This document shows positions 52,315-62,744 of a stretch of DNA of 64,000 nt, in pieces. The notes below the pieces were generated by a model. It saw only the letters and a list, made by a program, of their open reading frames with translations. It had not been told where the DNA came from and made no database searches. Made by a program: the position numbers and the translations under genes. How positions within the stretch are numbered: the stretch's first letter is position 1; the number at the start of each line of letters is the position of its first letter. The stretch comes from an uncultured Gemmataceae bacterium (GTDB taxonomy: Bacteria > Planctomycetota > Planctomycetia > Gemmatales > Gemmataceae), in assembly GCA_963750165.1 (NCBI GenBank), contig CAVVPN010000004.1, positions 1,184,001 to 1,248,000 on the forward strand, written 5' to 3'.

Positions 52315-53292
52315 TCACGGTTGACGCTGGTACGCGCGGCCGACATCCACGCGCTCGAAGCCGAGGCCGCGGCATAGTTGCAGGGCGGTGGCGTTGTCGT
52401 CGGCGATCTGCAACTCCGTGATGTCAAAACACTGGTCCTGCAGCCGCTTGAGCACCTGCACCATCAGGAATTTGGCCAGCCCCTGCCGGCGCAGGGTCGG
52501 CGTCACGAACAAATCCAGCACGCCCGCCGCCGGCCGCTCCCAGCGGCAGCTGAAGCCCTCCATCTCCCAGACCAGGACGGAGGCGGTGAAGGCGCCGCTG
52601 GCACGGTCGCGCAGGGTAAAGGTGAGCGGCTCGACCAGGCCGCAGACGCATTCGCGCCACCAGGTCCCGACGCGGGCCAGGGCGTCCTCGCAAACCTCGT
52701 AGCGCGCCCGCAGTGCCGAGAAGCGGGCGTCGGCCACCCGGAGCGCCACGTTGAGCCGCCGCTGCAGCACCGAGACCGTGCGCACCGGCCGGTAGCCGTG
52801 GCGGAGCAGGAACGGTTCGACGGTCTCGTCGCTTTGCAGCACGCCCGGCAGGGCGCTGCCGCCGTACAGGCCGAGGTAGAACGGATCGAACGGCGCCAGT
52901 TCACCGGCGAAAAAATGCTGCGTACCACGAGCGCGGAGGTAGTCCTCGGCACGGCGGAGCAGTTCGGAGCCGATGCCCTGGCGGCGGCGGCCGGGCCGCA
53001 CGACGACGAGGCACACGACGCCGTTGGTCGGGTCGAGGGCGGTCTCGTCGGCATTGGGGCCGAAGCCGGCATGGACGAAGCCGACGAGCTGGCCGGCGTC
53101 CTCCGCCAGGATGAGGCCGTCGGGGTCGAAGTAGGGCTTGGCGAAGACGTGCCGTTCCAGAGGCGTGCTGGTACGCAGGGCGACGGCCCCGCGGCCGCGC
53201 AAGGCGTCGTTCCACACATCCAGCAAACGAGGCGGATCGGTGTTGCGGAATCGGCGGAACTCAACCACGTTGGCACCCTTCTCCGCGGCCAC
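52315..53292 (-). CDS. Tandem GNAT acetyltransferase
   Basis: RRQGIG and RRQGLA motifs. Confidence 0.88.
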   Translation of the reverse strand: MAAEKGANVVEFRRFRNTDPPRLLDVWNDALRGRGAVALRTSTPLERHVFAKPYFDPDGLILAEDAGQLVGFVHAGFGPNADETALDPTNGVVCLVVVRPGRRRQGIGSELLRRAEDYLRARGTQHFFAGELAPFDPFYLGLYGGSALPGVLQSDETVEPFLLRHGYRPVRTVSVLQRRLNVALRVADARFSALRARYEVCEDALARVGTWWRECVCGLVEPLTFTLRDRASGAFTASVLVWEMEGFSCRWERPAAGVLDLFVTPTLRRQGLAKFLMVQVLKRLQDQCFDITELQIADDNATALQLCRGLGFERVDVGRAYQRQP

Positions 53293-53419
53293 GGCACTCG
53301 GCCCGACGGTGTGACGGCCTTCATAAACTCATCTCATTATAGGCAGCCGGGGGGGCGACGCAAGGAGTCGCGCAACGGCCTGGCGGAAGGGTAAACGCGG
53401 GATCATATCATTCATCCGA

Positions 53420-54319
53420 TCATTCCACCCAGACCCGGTGCAGAATCACAATACGCGGCTCGTCCGGCCGATAAATGAACAGCTGGACGCTGCGCACGTC
53501 GCTGAGGTCCAGCGGTTCCGGCCGCGCCCGCCGCACCGCCTCGGCCAGGTCCAGGGTGATCTGATGTTCGCCGGACGGGTAGCGCTTCTCGAACTGGAAG
53601 TGCGTGGTTTCCCCGGGGCCGCCGCGGGTGCGCAGCGAACAGACGACGACCAGTGGGCCGCCGGTCACGGTGAAGGTGCAGCACAACCGCCGCCGGCCCG
53701 ACCAGTCGTGCACGACCGGCTCCAGCGCCGCGTCCGGGTAGTCGTGCGGCCCCGGCAGCAGTTTCAGCCGCGCCACCCCGTCCGCCTGCCGCGTCAACGT
53801 GGCCTGGCGACACTCCCAGCGCAGCAGTTGCCGATCCGTCGTGAAGTCCGCCAGGATCGGAAACGCGGCGTGGCCCTCCGCGGCGTCCAACAGGTACGGC
53901 CCGGCGTCGGCGACCGGCCAGGCCACCAGCGCCAGCAACAGCAGCGCGTGCAGCGCCAGGCGGCCCCTGGTGCGCGGCGGTCGGCAGGCGTGGACGAGGA
54001 CCACGGCGGCGGCGACGCCCAGAGCACTGCGCACGAAGTCCTCCACATTGCCAGTACGGCCGAAGTGGTCCTGCACCAGCTCCGTCAGCCCCGCGAGGGT
54101 CAGGGCAAGTAGCACCGGCCACCGCCAGCGGCGGCCCAGTGTCAACCACAGGCCGACGGTCAGCGCCGCGAACAGCGGCACGTGGCCAAGGTCGAAGAAC
54201 TTGCTCTGCCAGCGGCCGTGCCAGGACTCCGGCAGCGGCGTCAACAGCACCGCGACCGTCAGGAGCACCGCCACGACCGCCACGGCCAGGGGCCACTTGC
54301 GCGCCACGGGTTGCCTCAT
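53420..54319 (-). CDS. VanZ-like membrane protein
   Basis: DLGHVPLF...TELVQDHFGR...D; TM helices. Confidence 0.7.
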   Translation of the reverse strand: MRQPVARKWPLAVAVVAVLLTVAVLLTPLPESWHGRWQSKFFDLGHVPLFAALTVGLWLTLGRRWRWPVLLALTLAGLTELVQDHFGRTGNVEDFVRSALGVAAAVVLVHACRPPRTRGRLALHALLLLALVAWPVADAGPYLLDAAEGHAAFPILADFTTDRQLLRWECRQATLTRQADGVARLKLLPGPHDYPDAALEPVVHDWSGRRRLCCTFTVTGGPLVVVCSLRTRGGPGETTHFQFEKRYPSGEHQITLDLAEAVRRARPEPLDLSDVRSVQLFIYRPDEPRIVILHRVWVE

Positions 54320-54422
54320 TTCCAGCGACGAGTGAATGCCTTCCTCGCGTGCATCGGGTGAGCGGTGTGCCACTGCCCGGCACTGCCTCAATACAATAGC
54401 GGCATCACCAAGGAGACACCTT

Positions 54423-56186
54423 ATGAAACCCTGGCTGCCCGTGCTGCTGCTCGCGGCCGTGTTTCCGGCCGGCACCCTCCTCAGTCACGTCGAGATCACG
54501 CAGGAAGTCCCCGGCCCCGCGGAGGCGGCGGACCTGATCGTCCACAACGGCAAAGTGCTGACCGTGGACGCGAAATTCACGGTCGTGCAGGCCGTCGCCA
54601 TCAAGGGCGACCGCGTTCTGGCCGTCGGCGCCGACAAGGCCATCCTGCGTCACAAGGGACCGAAGACCACGCTGCTCGACGCCGGCGGCAAGACCGTGCT
54701 GCCGGGCCTGTACGATAGCCATGTCCACCCGGTCGGCGCCGCCACCAGCGAGATCACCGCCCCGCTGCCGCCGTTGAAGTCGCTGGACGACGTGTTCGCC
54801 TACATCCGCGCCCAGGCCAAAGCCAAACCGAAGGGCGACTGGATCGTGATGCGTTTCGCGTTCCCGACTCGGCTGAAAGAAGGCCGGTTCCCGACGAAGG
54901 CCGAGCTGGACGCCGCAGCACCGGAACATCCCGTGCTGTACCACGCCGGCCCCGCGGGCATGGTCAACAGTTACGCCCTCAAAATCTCCGGCGTCACGAA
55001 GGACGCGAAGAACCCGGCGGCCGGCGTCATCGTCCGCGACCCGAAGACGGGCGCGGCGACCGGTATGCTCCGCAACGCTTACGGCGTGCTCAAGGGTGTG
55101 CCGCCGGCCAACCCCGCCGGCAAGGCGGCGACACGCGCCGCGGTGAAAAAACTGTTCGCGCTGTACAACGCCCAGGGCCTGACCAGCGTCGCCGACCGCA
55201 ACGCCGACCGGGCGGCACTCGATCTGTACCTCGATCTGCACGCCAAGGGCGAGCTGACGCTGCGCGTCAACGTGGCCCGCGGCGTCAGCCCCTACGGCAC
55301 ACGCGAGGAGGTGGCGAAACATCTCGACAAGCTGCCGGGCAAGGATGGTAAGGGCGGGCCGACGGGCGTTGGCGGCGTCTGGGTGCGGATCGGGCCGATC
55401 AAGTTTTTCCTGGACGGCGGCATGCTCAACGGCACCGCGTTCATGCGGACGCCGTGGCCGCCGGGGCCGACGTACCAGATTGTCGAGAGCGACTACCGCG
55501 GTCTGCTGTTCGTGCCGCCGGAGCAGGTGAAAATGCTGGTCGAGGAGGCGGCGAAGCGCAAATGGCAGGTGACCGCGCACACCGCCGGCGAGGGCGCCAT
55601 GGACGTGCTGCTCGACGCCTACGACTTCGTGAACCGGTCGATTCCGATCAAGGACCGCCGCTTCTGCATCACGCACGCCAACTTCCCGTCGCAGCGCAAT
55701 CTGGAGCGCTGCCGTGACCTGGGCGTCTGCGCTGACGTGCAGCCGGCGTGGCTGTACAAGGACGGCAGCACGCTGTTGCAGGTGCTCGGCAAGGAGCGCA
55801 TGCGCTGGTTCCAGCCGTACAAAAGCTGGCTGAAGTACACGACCATCGGCGGCGGCAGCGACCACATGATTAAACTGGACGACCTGGAAGCGACGAACCC
55901 GTGGAACCCGTGGCTGGGCATGTGGGTGACGCTGACGCGGCGGACGGCGGGCGGCGACGTGCTGTTCCCCGAGGAGCGGCTGACGCGGCCGGAGGCGCTG
56001 CGGCTGTACACGATCAACAACGCCTACCTGAACCATGAGGAGAAGGAAAAAGGGAGCCTGGAGGTCGGCAAACTGGCGGATTTGATTTTGATCGACCGCG
56101 ACTTCCTGACGTGCCCGCTGGAGGATTTGCCGCGGACGCAGGTGCTGCTCACGATGGTCGGCGGGCGGGTGGTGTATCGGCGGTGA
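54423..56186 (+). CDS. Amidohydrolase 3 family
   Basis: PGLYDSHVH, KFFLDG, GSD, GSLEVGKLAD. Confidence 0.92.
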   Translation: MKPWLPVLLLAAVFPAGTLLSHVEITQEVPGPAEAADLIVHNGKVLTVDAKFTVVQAVAIKGDRVLAVGADKAILRHKGPKTTLLDAGGKTVLPGLYDSHVHPVGAATSEITAPLPPLKSLDDVFAYIRAQAKAKPKGDWIVMRFAFPTRLKEGRFPTKAELDAAAPEHPVLYHAGPAGMVNSYALKISGVTKDAKNPAAGVIVRDPKTGAATGMLRNAYGVLKGVPPANPAGKAATRAAVKKLFALYNAQGLTSVADRNADRAALDLYLDLHAKGELTLRVNVARGVSPYGTREEVAKHLDKLPGKDGKGGPTGVGGVWVRIGPIKFFLDGGMLNGTAFMRTPWPPGPTYQIVESDYRGLLFVPPEQVKMLVEEAAKRKWQVTAHTAGEGAMDVLLDAYDFVNRSIPIKDRRFCITHANFPSQRNLERCRDLGVCADVQPAWLYKDGSTLLQVLGKERMRWFQPYKSWLKYTTIGGGSDHMIKLDDLEATNPWNPWLGMWVTLTRRTAGGDVLFPEERLTRPEALRLYTINNAYLNHEEKEKGSLEVGKLADLILIDRDFLTCPLEDLPRTQVLLTMVGGRVVYRR

Positions 56187-56419
56187 CCCATCTTGTCTGC
56201 CGCTTGCGGCTTGGGCAAGCAATATAAATTGAAGTCGTTTCAAGCCAGGTTGACGGTGCTTTTTCCGGGCAAGGCGGCTATTCCCTCCGCCTGTTTTTCC
56301 TGACAGGTGAGGGAGTCCCATGCGAACCGTCGCCCTTGTGCTTGCCGGTCTGCTTCTGTGTGCGGCGTGCGGCTGCGGAACGGTGGCGAACCTGCGCGGC
56401 GAAAACCTTGCGCTGATCG

Positions 56420-57093
56420 GCGGTGGTGTCGGCGGCGCTGCCGCCCTGGGCGCCGAAGCCCGGCACCAGGAAAAGCACATCCGGCAACAGCTGGCGCACC
56501 GCCGCCCAGGCGCCGACCGCGGCGGCGACGTGCTGGTAGAGCGGTTTGCCGTCGCAGAGCAAATCCTGAAAGAGACTGGCGCCGCGGTTGCTGGTGCGGA
56601 CGAGGACGAAGACGCCACGGCCGTCCTGGCGGGCGCTGCGCAGGAAGGGTTCGACGGCGTCGCGGCCGAGGTAGGGGTTGACGGTCAGGGCGTCGGCGTC
56701 CCAGACGGGCAGCGGCGGGCCGCCGTGGCGGACGCCGGCGAAGGCGGCGTCGGCGTAGGCGACGGCGGTGTCGGCGATGTCGTTGCGCTTGCCGTCGAGG
56801 ATGGTGAGCACACCGCGTTCACGAGCGCGGCGCAGGACGCGCTGCAGCGCGGCCAGTCCGGCTGGACCACACGCCTCGAAGAAGGCGAACTACAGCTTGA
56901 CCACCGGCACGACCACTTCCAGGATGCGCAGCGATAATTCCTCAAAGGCGGCGACGGCGTCCAGGGTAGCGTTACCATGCCGGCGGCGCAGCTCGTCCGG
57001 CAGCAGGGCCCAGCGCGGGTCGAGGCCCACGCACAGGGCGTTGCCGCGCCGGCGGCTCAGGGCGGTCAGGCGGTCGGCGAAGTGGTCGATGAC
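56420..57093 (-). pseudogene. pyrF: Decayed orotidine-5'-phosphate decarboxylase
   Basis: LCVGLDP, DGKRNDIADT, TVNPYLG, LVRTSN, LVPGFGAQGG; in-frame stop, frameshift, GAVVGAT segment absent. Confidence 0.8.
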
Positions 57094-57515
57094 AGGCCTC
57101 CAGATGGAACCGAAAGTACTTCCATACCCTTACAACAACCGGGCAGATTTTTACCTCACCCCACAGCTACCGTCCAGAGATTTCTGATGAATTTGCCTTT
57201 TCGTGCTCGCGCTTTGAAAAACCCCCCTTTTTTGTGCATTCTCTCTTGTTTACGCCTTTTTGCCTGATTATCATACGTGGATGAATTTGGTGAGGAAGAA
57301 AGTCATCCGAGGTGCAACCGGACTGGCGAACGAAGCATCGGCTCCGTTTATGCCAAGTCAAGCGCTTGTGGTCGTCGGAAATTGCGGGAGAAGGTAGGCG
57401 TTTCTTGTCGGCAGCGCGGTATGTTTCCAAGAGAAAAAGGCCCGGAAGGCCAAGCGTTGAACACCCTGACCAGCGGCGCGAGCCGCTCCGGGATCTTGTT
57501 AAGGAGAGAACTGCC

Positions 57516-58235
57516 ATGCGATTTGTTGCCCGATTCGCAGTGATTGTCATCGTGGTGGTTGGTGTGACCGCTGCCACGGCCCACGGATGGTACGGACAGA
57601 AGACCGTGGTACATACGCACATCCGCACCTGGGGTGGGGCGACCCCGACATCGAGTTCGCCAGTCTATGGCTCCCCAGTCTACGGTTCGCCCGTGTACGG
57701 TTCGCCCGTGTATGGCTCGCCGGTGTATGGCTCGCCGGTGTACGGTTCGCCCGTGTATGGCTCGCCGACCTACGGTTCCCCGACGTACGGTTCCCCGACG
57801 TACGGTTGCTCTGGCGGGTCGTTTGGCTCGCCAATGTACGGTTCGCCAATGTACGGTTCGCCATCCTTTGGATGCACAGGCGGTAATGCCGGGTTTTTCT
57901 CGCAGGGGTTCGGGAACCAGGGGCTCATTGATCCCCAGGGGCTCATGACCTGGTTCAAGTTTTTTAAGGATTTGCAAGGCACCATTGGCGGTGGCGGTAC
58001 GACGCCCTCCGACTCCAAGTTGCTCAGCCGCATTGAGGCCTTGGAGAAAAAAGTCGATGCCTTGAAACCGTCCGACTTGCTCCCCGCCGACTACAAGGAG
58101 TTCAAAGCGAATACGGAACAGGCGTTCAAGGGAATTAACGCCTACCTGGATCGTTTGGACTCCAAGTTAGACGGCATCCAGGGTCGGCTGAAGGTTCTGG
58201 AAAACAAAACAAAAAATCTGAAGGAACAGCCTTGA
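57516..58235 (+). CDS. Exported SPxYG-repeat protein with C-terminal coiled coil
   Basis: Signal peptide; 7 SPVYG + 3 SPTYG + 2 SPMYG; heptad tail. Confidence 0.85.
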   Translation: MRFVARFAVIVIVVVGVTAATAHGWYGQKTVVHTHIRTWGGATPTSSSPVYGSPVYGSPVYGSPVYGSPVYGSPVYGSPVYGSPTYGSPTYGSPTYGCSGGSFGSPMYGSPMYGSPSFGCTGGNAGFFSQGFGNQGLIDPQGLMTWFKFFKDLQGTIGGGGTTPSDSKLLSRIEALEKKVDALKPSDLLPADYKEFKANTEQAFKGINAYLDRLDSKLDGIQGRLKVLENKTKNLKEQP

Positions 58236-58543
58236 TGGGGCGTCGCTGAAGGCTTGTTGAAGCGCCGCGCGACGAATCGGACAGAACCCCTGTCTGTTCT
58301 CCGCGCGGCGCTTCTGTTTGTTGGTGGCCTCAAGGTAACGCCGGATTTCTCACCGCACCAGCAAGTTTTTTTGTTTTTTTATTGCTTCCGCGACTGCGCC
58401 GACGGTATTTTCACATCCTGTGTCAACCCTGACGTGAAGACGACGGTTAGGCTCGGCTTTTTCCGGCCGGCCCCTGCCCGTTCGTGGACTCCGTACGTCC
58501 CAGGGAATTTCCAATCTGTTGACCCTCTTTTCCAGGATGAAGC

Positions 58544-59809
58544 ATGGCCAAAGCGAAGCCCGGTGCCAAAGCAAAGACCGGCGCGAAGGCGAAATCCGGC
58601 GCCAACGCGAAATCCGGTAGCAAGGCGACGACCAGTGCTAGGGCGGTGGCATCCGCGCCGGGGGCGGGAGTTCCCCTGGCACAACCTTGTGACTTCTGCG
58701 TGGTACTGACCCTATCCCCGGATGCCCAACCCGAGGCCGCCCTCCGCGCCCTCCAAAGAAACGCGCGTGCCAACCAAGGTGCTCTCAGCGCGCCGCTAGC
58801 GGGCACGGACCCGGAAGTCGCGCGGGCGGTGGTTCAGGCGTCTAAAAAATGGGCGAAGAACGACACCATCACCATCGGGTTTATGAACGGCACCGCGTCG
58901 GATCGGGACTTTGTGGAGAAGGTGTGCCGGGAGTGGTTTGACGGCGTCGAGACGGACCTCCAGCTGGATTTCGGCCGGTCCCCGGGAGGCGCCAATGTCC
59001 GGATCGAGTTCGTGCCGAACGGCCCGAACCAGTCCGCCATCGGTCTGGACGCGGAATCGCCGCAGTTCGCCGGTAAGTCCACCATGACGCTCGGCTTCAT
59101 CCCCAGTTCCAGTAACCTTCCCGAGAAGGAGAAACGGCGGCTCACCCTCCACGAGTTCGGCCACGTCCTGGGCTTCCTCCACGAGCACCAGCGCTCCGAC
59201 CGGCCGTTCACGCTCAACATGCAGGTGCTGCGGAACACGTTCGGTGTGTCGCCAAATTTCTGGAATGACGACCAGATCAACTTCAACATCACCAACACGT
59301 TTCAACTCGACAGCAGCAATTTCCTGACGACCGAGTTCGACCACAACTCCATCATGGCCTACTTCATCCCGGCGGCGGCGGCGAGCGACGGCATTGGCAC
59401 GCCGATCAATAACGACCTGTCCGACGACGACCGGAAAATGCTGAAGCTGGTGTACGGCAAGGGGAACGGGCAGACCCAGGTCACCCCCCTGAGCAAGAAA
59501 GACTTGCCTCTGGGCGCGACCTCGCCCACCCAGGTGTCTCTGAAAGCCGGCCAGGTACAGCCCCTGACCCTGACGATTCCCAAGGCCCGCATGTATCAAA
59601 TCCGAACGGTCGGCGACAAGCACACTGACCTGGAGGTCTTCGGGCCGGATAACGACAGCGCGTCGATCGGTCGAGGCGTTCTGGATTTGGAGAGTTTCAA
59701 CATGGTGGCCAATCTGTTTCTGGAACCCGGCGCCTACCTCGTCAAGGCCGCGCTCAAGAGTCAGACGGAGAGCGGCGACTTCGGCGTGACCGCCAAGCTG
59801 CTGTCCTGA
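58544..59809 (+). CDS. Astacin-like (M12) metzincin protease with C-terminal PPC-like domain
   Basis: HEFGHVLGFLHEHQR; Met-turn SIMAY; AK-rich N-terminus. Confidence 0.88.
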   Translation: MAKAKPGAKAKTGAKAKSGANAKSGSKATTSARAVASAPGAGVPLAQPCDFCVVLTLSPDAQPEAALRALQRNARANQGALSAPLAGTDPEVARAVVQASKKWAKNDTITIGFMNGTASDRDFVEKVCREWFDGVETDLQLDFGRSPGGANVRIEFVPNGPNQSAIGLDAESPQFAGKSTMTLGFIPSSSNLPEKEKRRLTLHEFGHVLGFLHEHQRSDRPFTLNMQVLRNTFGVSPNFWNDDQINFNITNTFQLDSSNFLTTEFDHNSIMAYFIPAAAASDGIGTPINNDLSDDDRKMLKLVYGKGNGQTQVTPLSKKDLPLGATSPTQVSLKAGQVQPLTLTIPKARMYQIRTVGDKHTDLEVFGPDNDSASIGRGVLDLESFNMVANLFLEPGAYLVKAALKSQTESGDFGVTAKLLS

Positions 59810-60083
59810 GGCCGTTCCCCAGCGGCCTCAACAGAGAGTACGTATTATTCCCCGCCCCGGCCCTCCCACCGGGGCGGGGCGGGGGCCGCCAACCCACTTG
59901 CCAGTGTGCCGCCCTCAGCCGCCTTTGCCAGTTCTGCCGCAAGCCCGGTTTTCACCGGCACTATGGAAATTGACCAAACTTCGGCGCGGTGGATAGTCGA
60001 AAAGAAGAAAGCCCGCCGCAGCCGGCTTTGGTGTCGGCCCGCGTTGCCGGGTTCCTTCCCCACCCAGTCGAAGGATCGACCCC

Positions 60084-60995
60084 ATGCGTGCCCCGCGCGC
60101 GTTCACCTTTGTGGCGGCAGGCCTAGGCCTGCTGCTGGCCCACACCGGTAGTCACGGCCACCCGCCCCAGGATCCCTGTATCACCCCGTGCCAACCGGTT
60201 ACCGTTAACGCCCCACCGCCCAAGGTGGTGGTCCACCTCTCGCCGCCCGAGGTTGTCATCAAATCGGACTGCGACTGCTGCACCAAGCCCGCGCCCCGCT
60301 GTGCCCCTTGCTGCGCTCAACCGGCCGCCCCCTACTACCCTGCGGCTCCGATGGCGTACTACCCGATGGCCGCGGCGCCGACCATGACCATGATGCCCAT
60401 GGCCTCGTACACCTACGCCGCGCCCATGCAGTCCGCTCCGATGATGATGCAGTCCGCCCCGATGATGACGCAGGCGGCCCCGGTCATGTCGCCAATGTAC
60501 TCCGCTCCGGTGATGGCGGCCCCCACCATGGTTCAGGCTGCCGCCCTGACGTACCCCGCGGCTGCCCCCACCTTCAACGCGCCGGCCGCACCCGTGATGA
60601 TGCCGTCCTCCCCGAGCATGCCAGCGTCGCCGTTCTGTGGGTCCGGCTTCTCCAGCCCGTTCAACTCGTCGTCGGCCAGTTCCGCGGCCACGCTGGCCGG
60701 CATGAAGGCGTTTCACGAGACGAACCTGAAGAACCAACTCAACGCCCTGGAGGACACGCGCCGGACCCTGGAGTTCCAGATGTCGATGGTCAACCCCAAT
60801 CTGTCCGGTTCGCCGACAGTGGGCAAGGCGGCCGCGCCACGGCAGACCGGTACTGACGATGCCACAACCCGTAAAATCAACGAGATTGAAACGACCATTC
60901 ATCGCCTCATGGGCATCATCGAAACCCACGCCGACACCCTGAAAAGTCACCAGAATCGCCTGAAGGAACTGGATAAAAAATCTGGAGGCTCTTGA
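60084..60995 (+). CDS. Exported Cys/Pro/Met-rich repeat protein with coiled coil
   Basis: Signal peptide; xAP(M/V)M repeats; heptad tail. Confidence 0.8.
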   Translation: MRAPRAFTFVAAGLGLLLAHTGSHGHPPQDPCITPCQPVTVNAPPPKVVVHLSPPEVVIKSDCDCCTKPAPRCAPCCAQPAAPYYPAAPMAYYPMAAAPTMTMMPMASYTYAAPMQSAPMMMQSAPMMTQAAPVMSPMYSAPVMAAPTMVQAAALTYPAAAPTFNAPAAPVMMPSSPSMPASPFCGSGFSSPFNSSSASSAATLAGMKAFHETNLKNQLNALEDTRRTLEFQMSMVNPNLSGSPTVGKAAAPRQTGTDDATTRKINEIETTIHRLMGIIETHADTLKSHQNRLKELDKKSGGS

Positions 60996-61281
60996 GTCCT
61001 TCGGGGGCCGCGAAGGCGGGGCGAGCCGTCACGGACACTTGATGAAGCCCTGCCGCGCGGATTCCCGCACGGCAGAGGTGGCGAACTGGGGGCGCGTGGC
61101 GCCCCCTCTTTTTTTCCGACGTTGGCGGGCCGCGCTCGCTTTCACCGTCACGGACAAACCGCGCGGGGTTGTCGATCTTCTCAAGCGTACCGAAGAAACC
61201 GACGATAACGGAGTTAAGGCGAACAACGGTTTTTGCCACCCGGACTGCCGGGCTGGCGCTTACCATTACGGGGAGAGTCAC

Positions 61282-62346
61282 ATGCGTCCATGGGTCGCCT
61301 TACCCATTCTTGTGTTCGGGCTGGGCTGTCACCAGTGCTGTACTCTCCCCCCCGAATGTTGCCCGCCCAAGACGTGTGATTCCTGCTGCGGCCCCTGGGG
61401 GACGACACCGCCAGGCTTGCCCCAGCAGGCGCCGCAGCCGTGCCCTCAGCCCGCGCCGCCGGTTGCCGTACCAAAACGGCCTGTGACAGCGGAGGTACAG
61501 CAAGCGCCGCCCTGCCCGCCGCGGGTGAAGCTGTTGCCGCCGGACGTGGAAGTCAAGGGTCAGGAGGTGATCCACGTCAACGTTCCCCCGCAAAAGGTGT
61601 ACCTGACGCCCCAGCAACTGGCCGCCCACCTGCCGCCTCAGCAGGCTCCGGCTTACCAGGCGCCGCAGATGATGACGCCGATGGCCCCGACGATGATGAT
61701 GCCTGCGGCCGCGCCGATGCAGATGGCCAGTTCCACGGTGGAGTCGGTGCCGAGCAACCGGGCCACACCGGCTCTGGGCATTGACTGGGTTAAGATACGC
61801 ATCCCCGTCCTGCGCCTGTTCGCCATCCCCAACCAGGAACAGGTCACGGTCACCATGCGTCAGTCAACGACGTCGCAGAGCCCCGTCCTGGCCGCCCCGA
61901 TGGTCCAACAGGCTACCATGTACCAGGCAGCCCCCGTGATGCAGGCGCCGATGATGCAGGCCCCTGTCATGCAAGCGCCGGTGATGCAGGCCCCTGTCAT
62001 GCAGGCGCCGGTGATGCAGGCGCCCGTGATGCAGGCCCCTGTCATGCAGGCGCCCGTGATGCAGGCGCCCGTGATGCAGGCGCCCGTGATGCAGGCGCCC
62101 GTGATGCAGGCCCCTGTCATGCAGGCGCCCATGATGCAGGCGCCCATGCAAATGGCTCCCGCGGCGCCACAGCAGCAGGCCCCGATGGCCTGCCCGCCGT
62201 GTCCACCCTGCCCGCCGTGCCCGCCCAGTGCGTCGCCCGAGGACCTCCAGCGACTCAACCAACAGCTTCAGACGCTACAACAGATGCTCCAGCAACGGAC
62301 GCAACAGAACCCCTGTCCGCCGCCGTGTCCGCCGCCCTGCCAGTGA
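61282..62346 (+). CDS. Lipoprotein with QAPVM repeats and CPP motifs
   Basis: Lipobox GLGC; ~14 QAP(V/M)M; CPPCPPCPPC; Gln-rich helix. Confidence 0.85.
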   Translation: MRPWVALPILVFGLGCHQCCTLPPECCPPKTCDSCCGPWGTTPPGLPQQAPQPCPQPAPPVAVPKRPVTAEVQQAPPCPPRVKLLPPDVEVKGQEVIHVNVPPQKVYLTPQQLAAHLPPQQAPAYQAPQMMTPMAPTMMMPAAAPMQMASSTVESVPSNRATPALGIDWVKIRIPVLRLFAIPNQEQVTVTMRQSTTSQSPVLAAPMVQQATMYQAAPVMQAPMMQAPVMQAPVMQAPVMQAPVMQAPVMQAPVMQAPVMQAPVMQAPVMQAPVMQAPVMQAPMMQAPMQMAPAAPQQQAPMACPPCPPCPPCPPSASPEDLQRLNQQLQTLQQMLQQRTQQNPCPPPCPPPCQ

Positions 62347-62744
62347 TGAGCTCGACCGGACAACAGCGGACCCCGTTGACGTTTCGTGCTCCCGCAGCGC
62401 GAAACGTCAACGGGGTCCGCTGTTATCCAGCCGCTTTTATTTACGGACGCTGAGCAGGATCGGCGGGCTGGCGTAACTGACCTTCACCACAAAGTTGATC
62501 GATACGTGCGCCAGCACGCTGATCGCACGTGCTCGATGGGGCCGTGTTGGGAGCGCACTTCAGGACGATATGGCCCTTGCTGCCGCCGCCCAGCAGCGTC
62601 TTGCTCTTGCCCGCCACCACGGTCACGCCCGGCGGCAGCCCCTGCACGTCGATTTTCACCGGCCTTGTCCGGGTCGCAGCGTGAAGTCCGGCCAGACGAA
62701 ATCCGCCTCGACGTGGTAGACGAAGTGGTCGCCGCCCTTCGGCA

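Noticed and set aside
14417..56618. Long alternative-frame or antisense ORFs (e.g. 14417-16375, 17051-18904, 33937-35772, 50683-52275, 54405-56618)
   Set aside because: Arg/Pro/Ala-rich shadow ORFs of high-GC genes with no recognisable motifs.
57657..57806. 15-bp DNA repeats (also ~61930-62150) as a non-coding array
   Set aside because: They are in frame with silent-site variation, so they are peptide repeats.
62441..62740. Short ORF fragment MKIDVQGLPPGVTV
   Set aside because: Possibly a gene remnant, but too short to assign.
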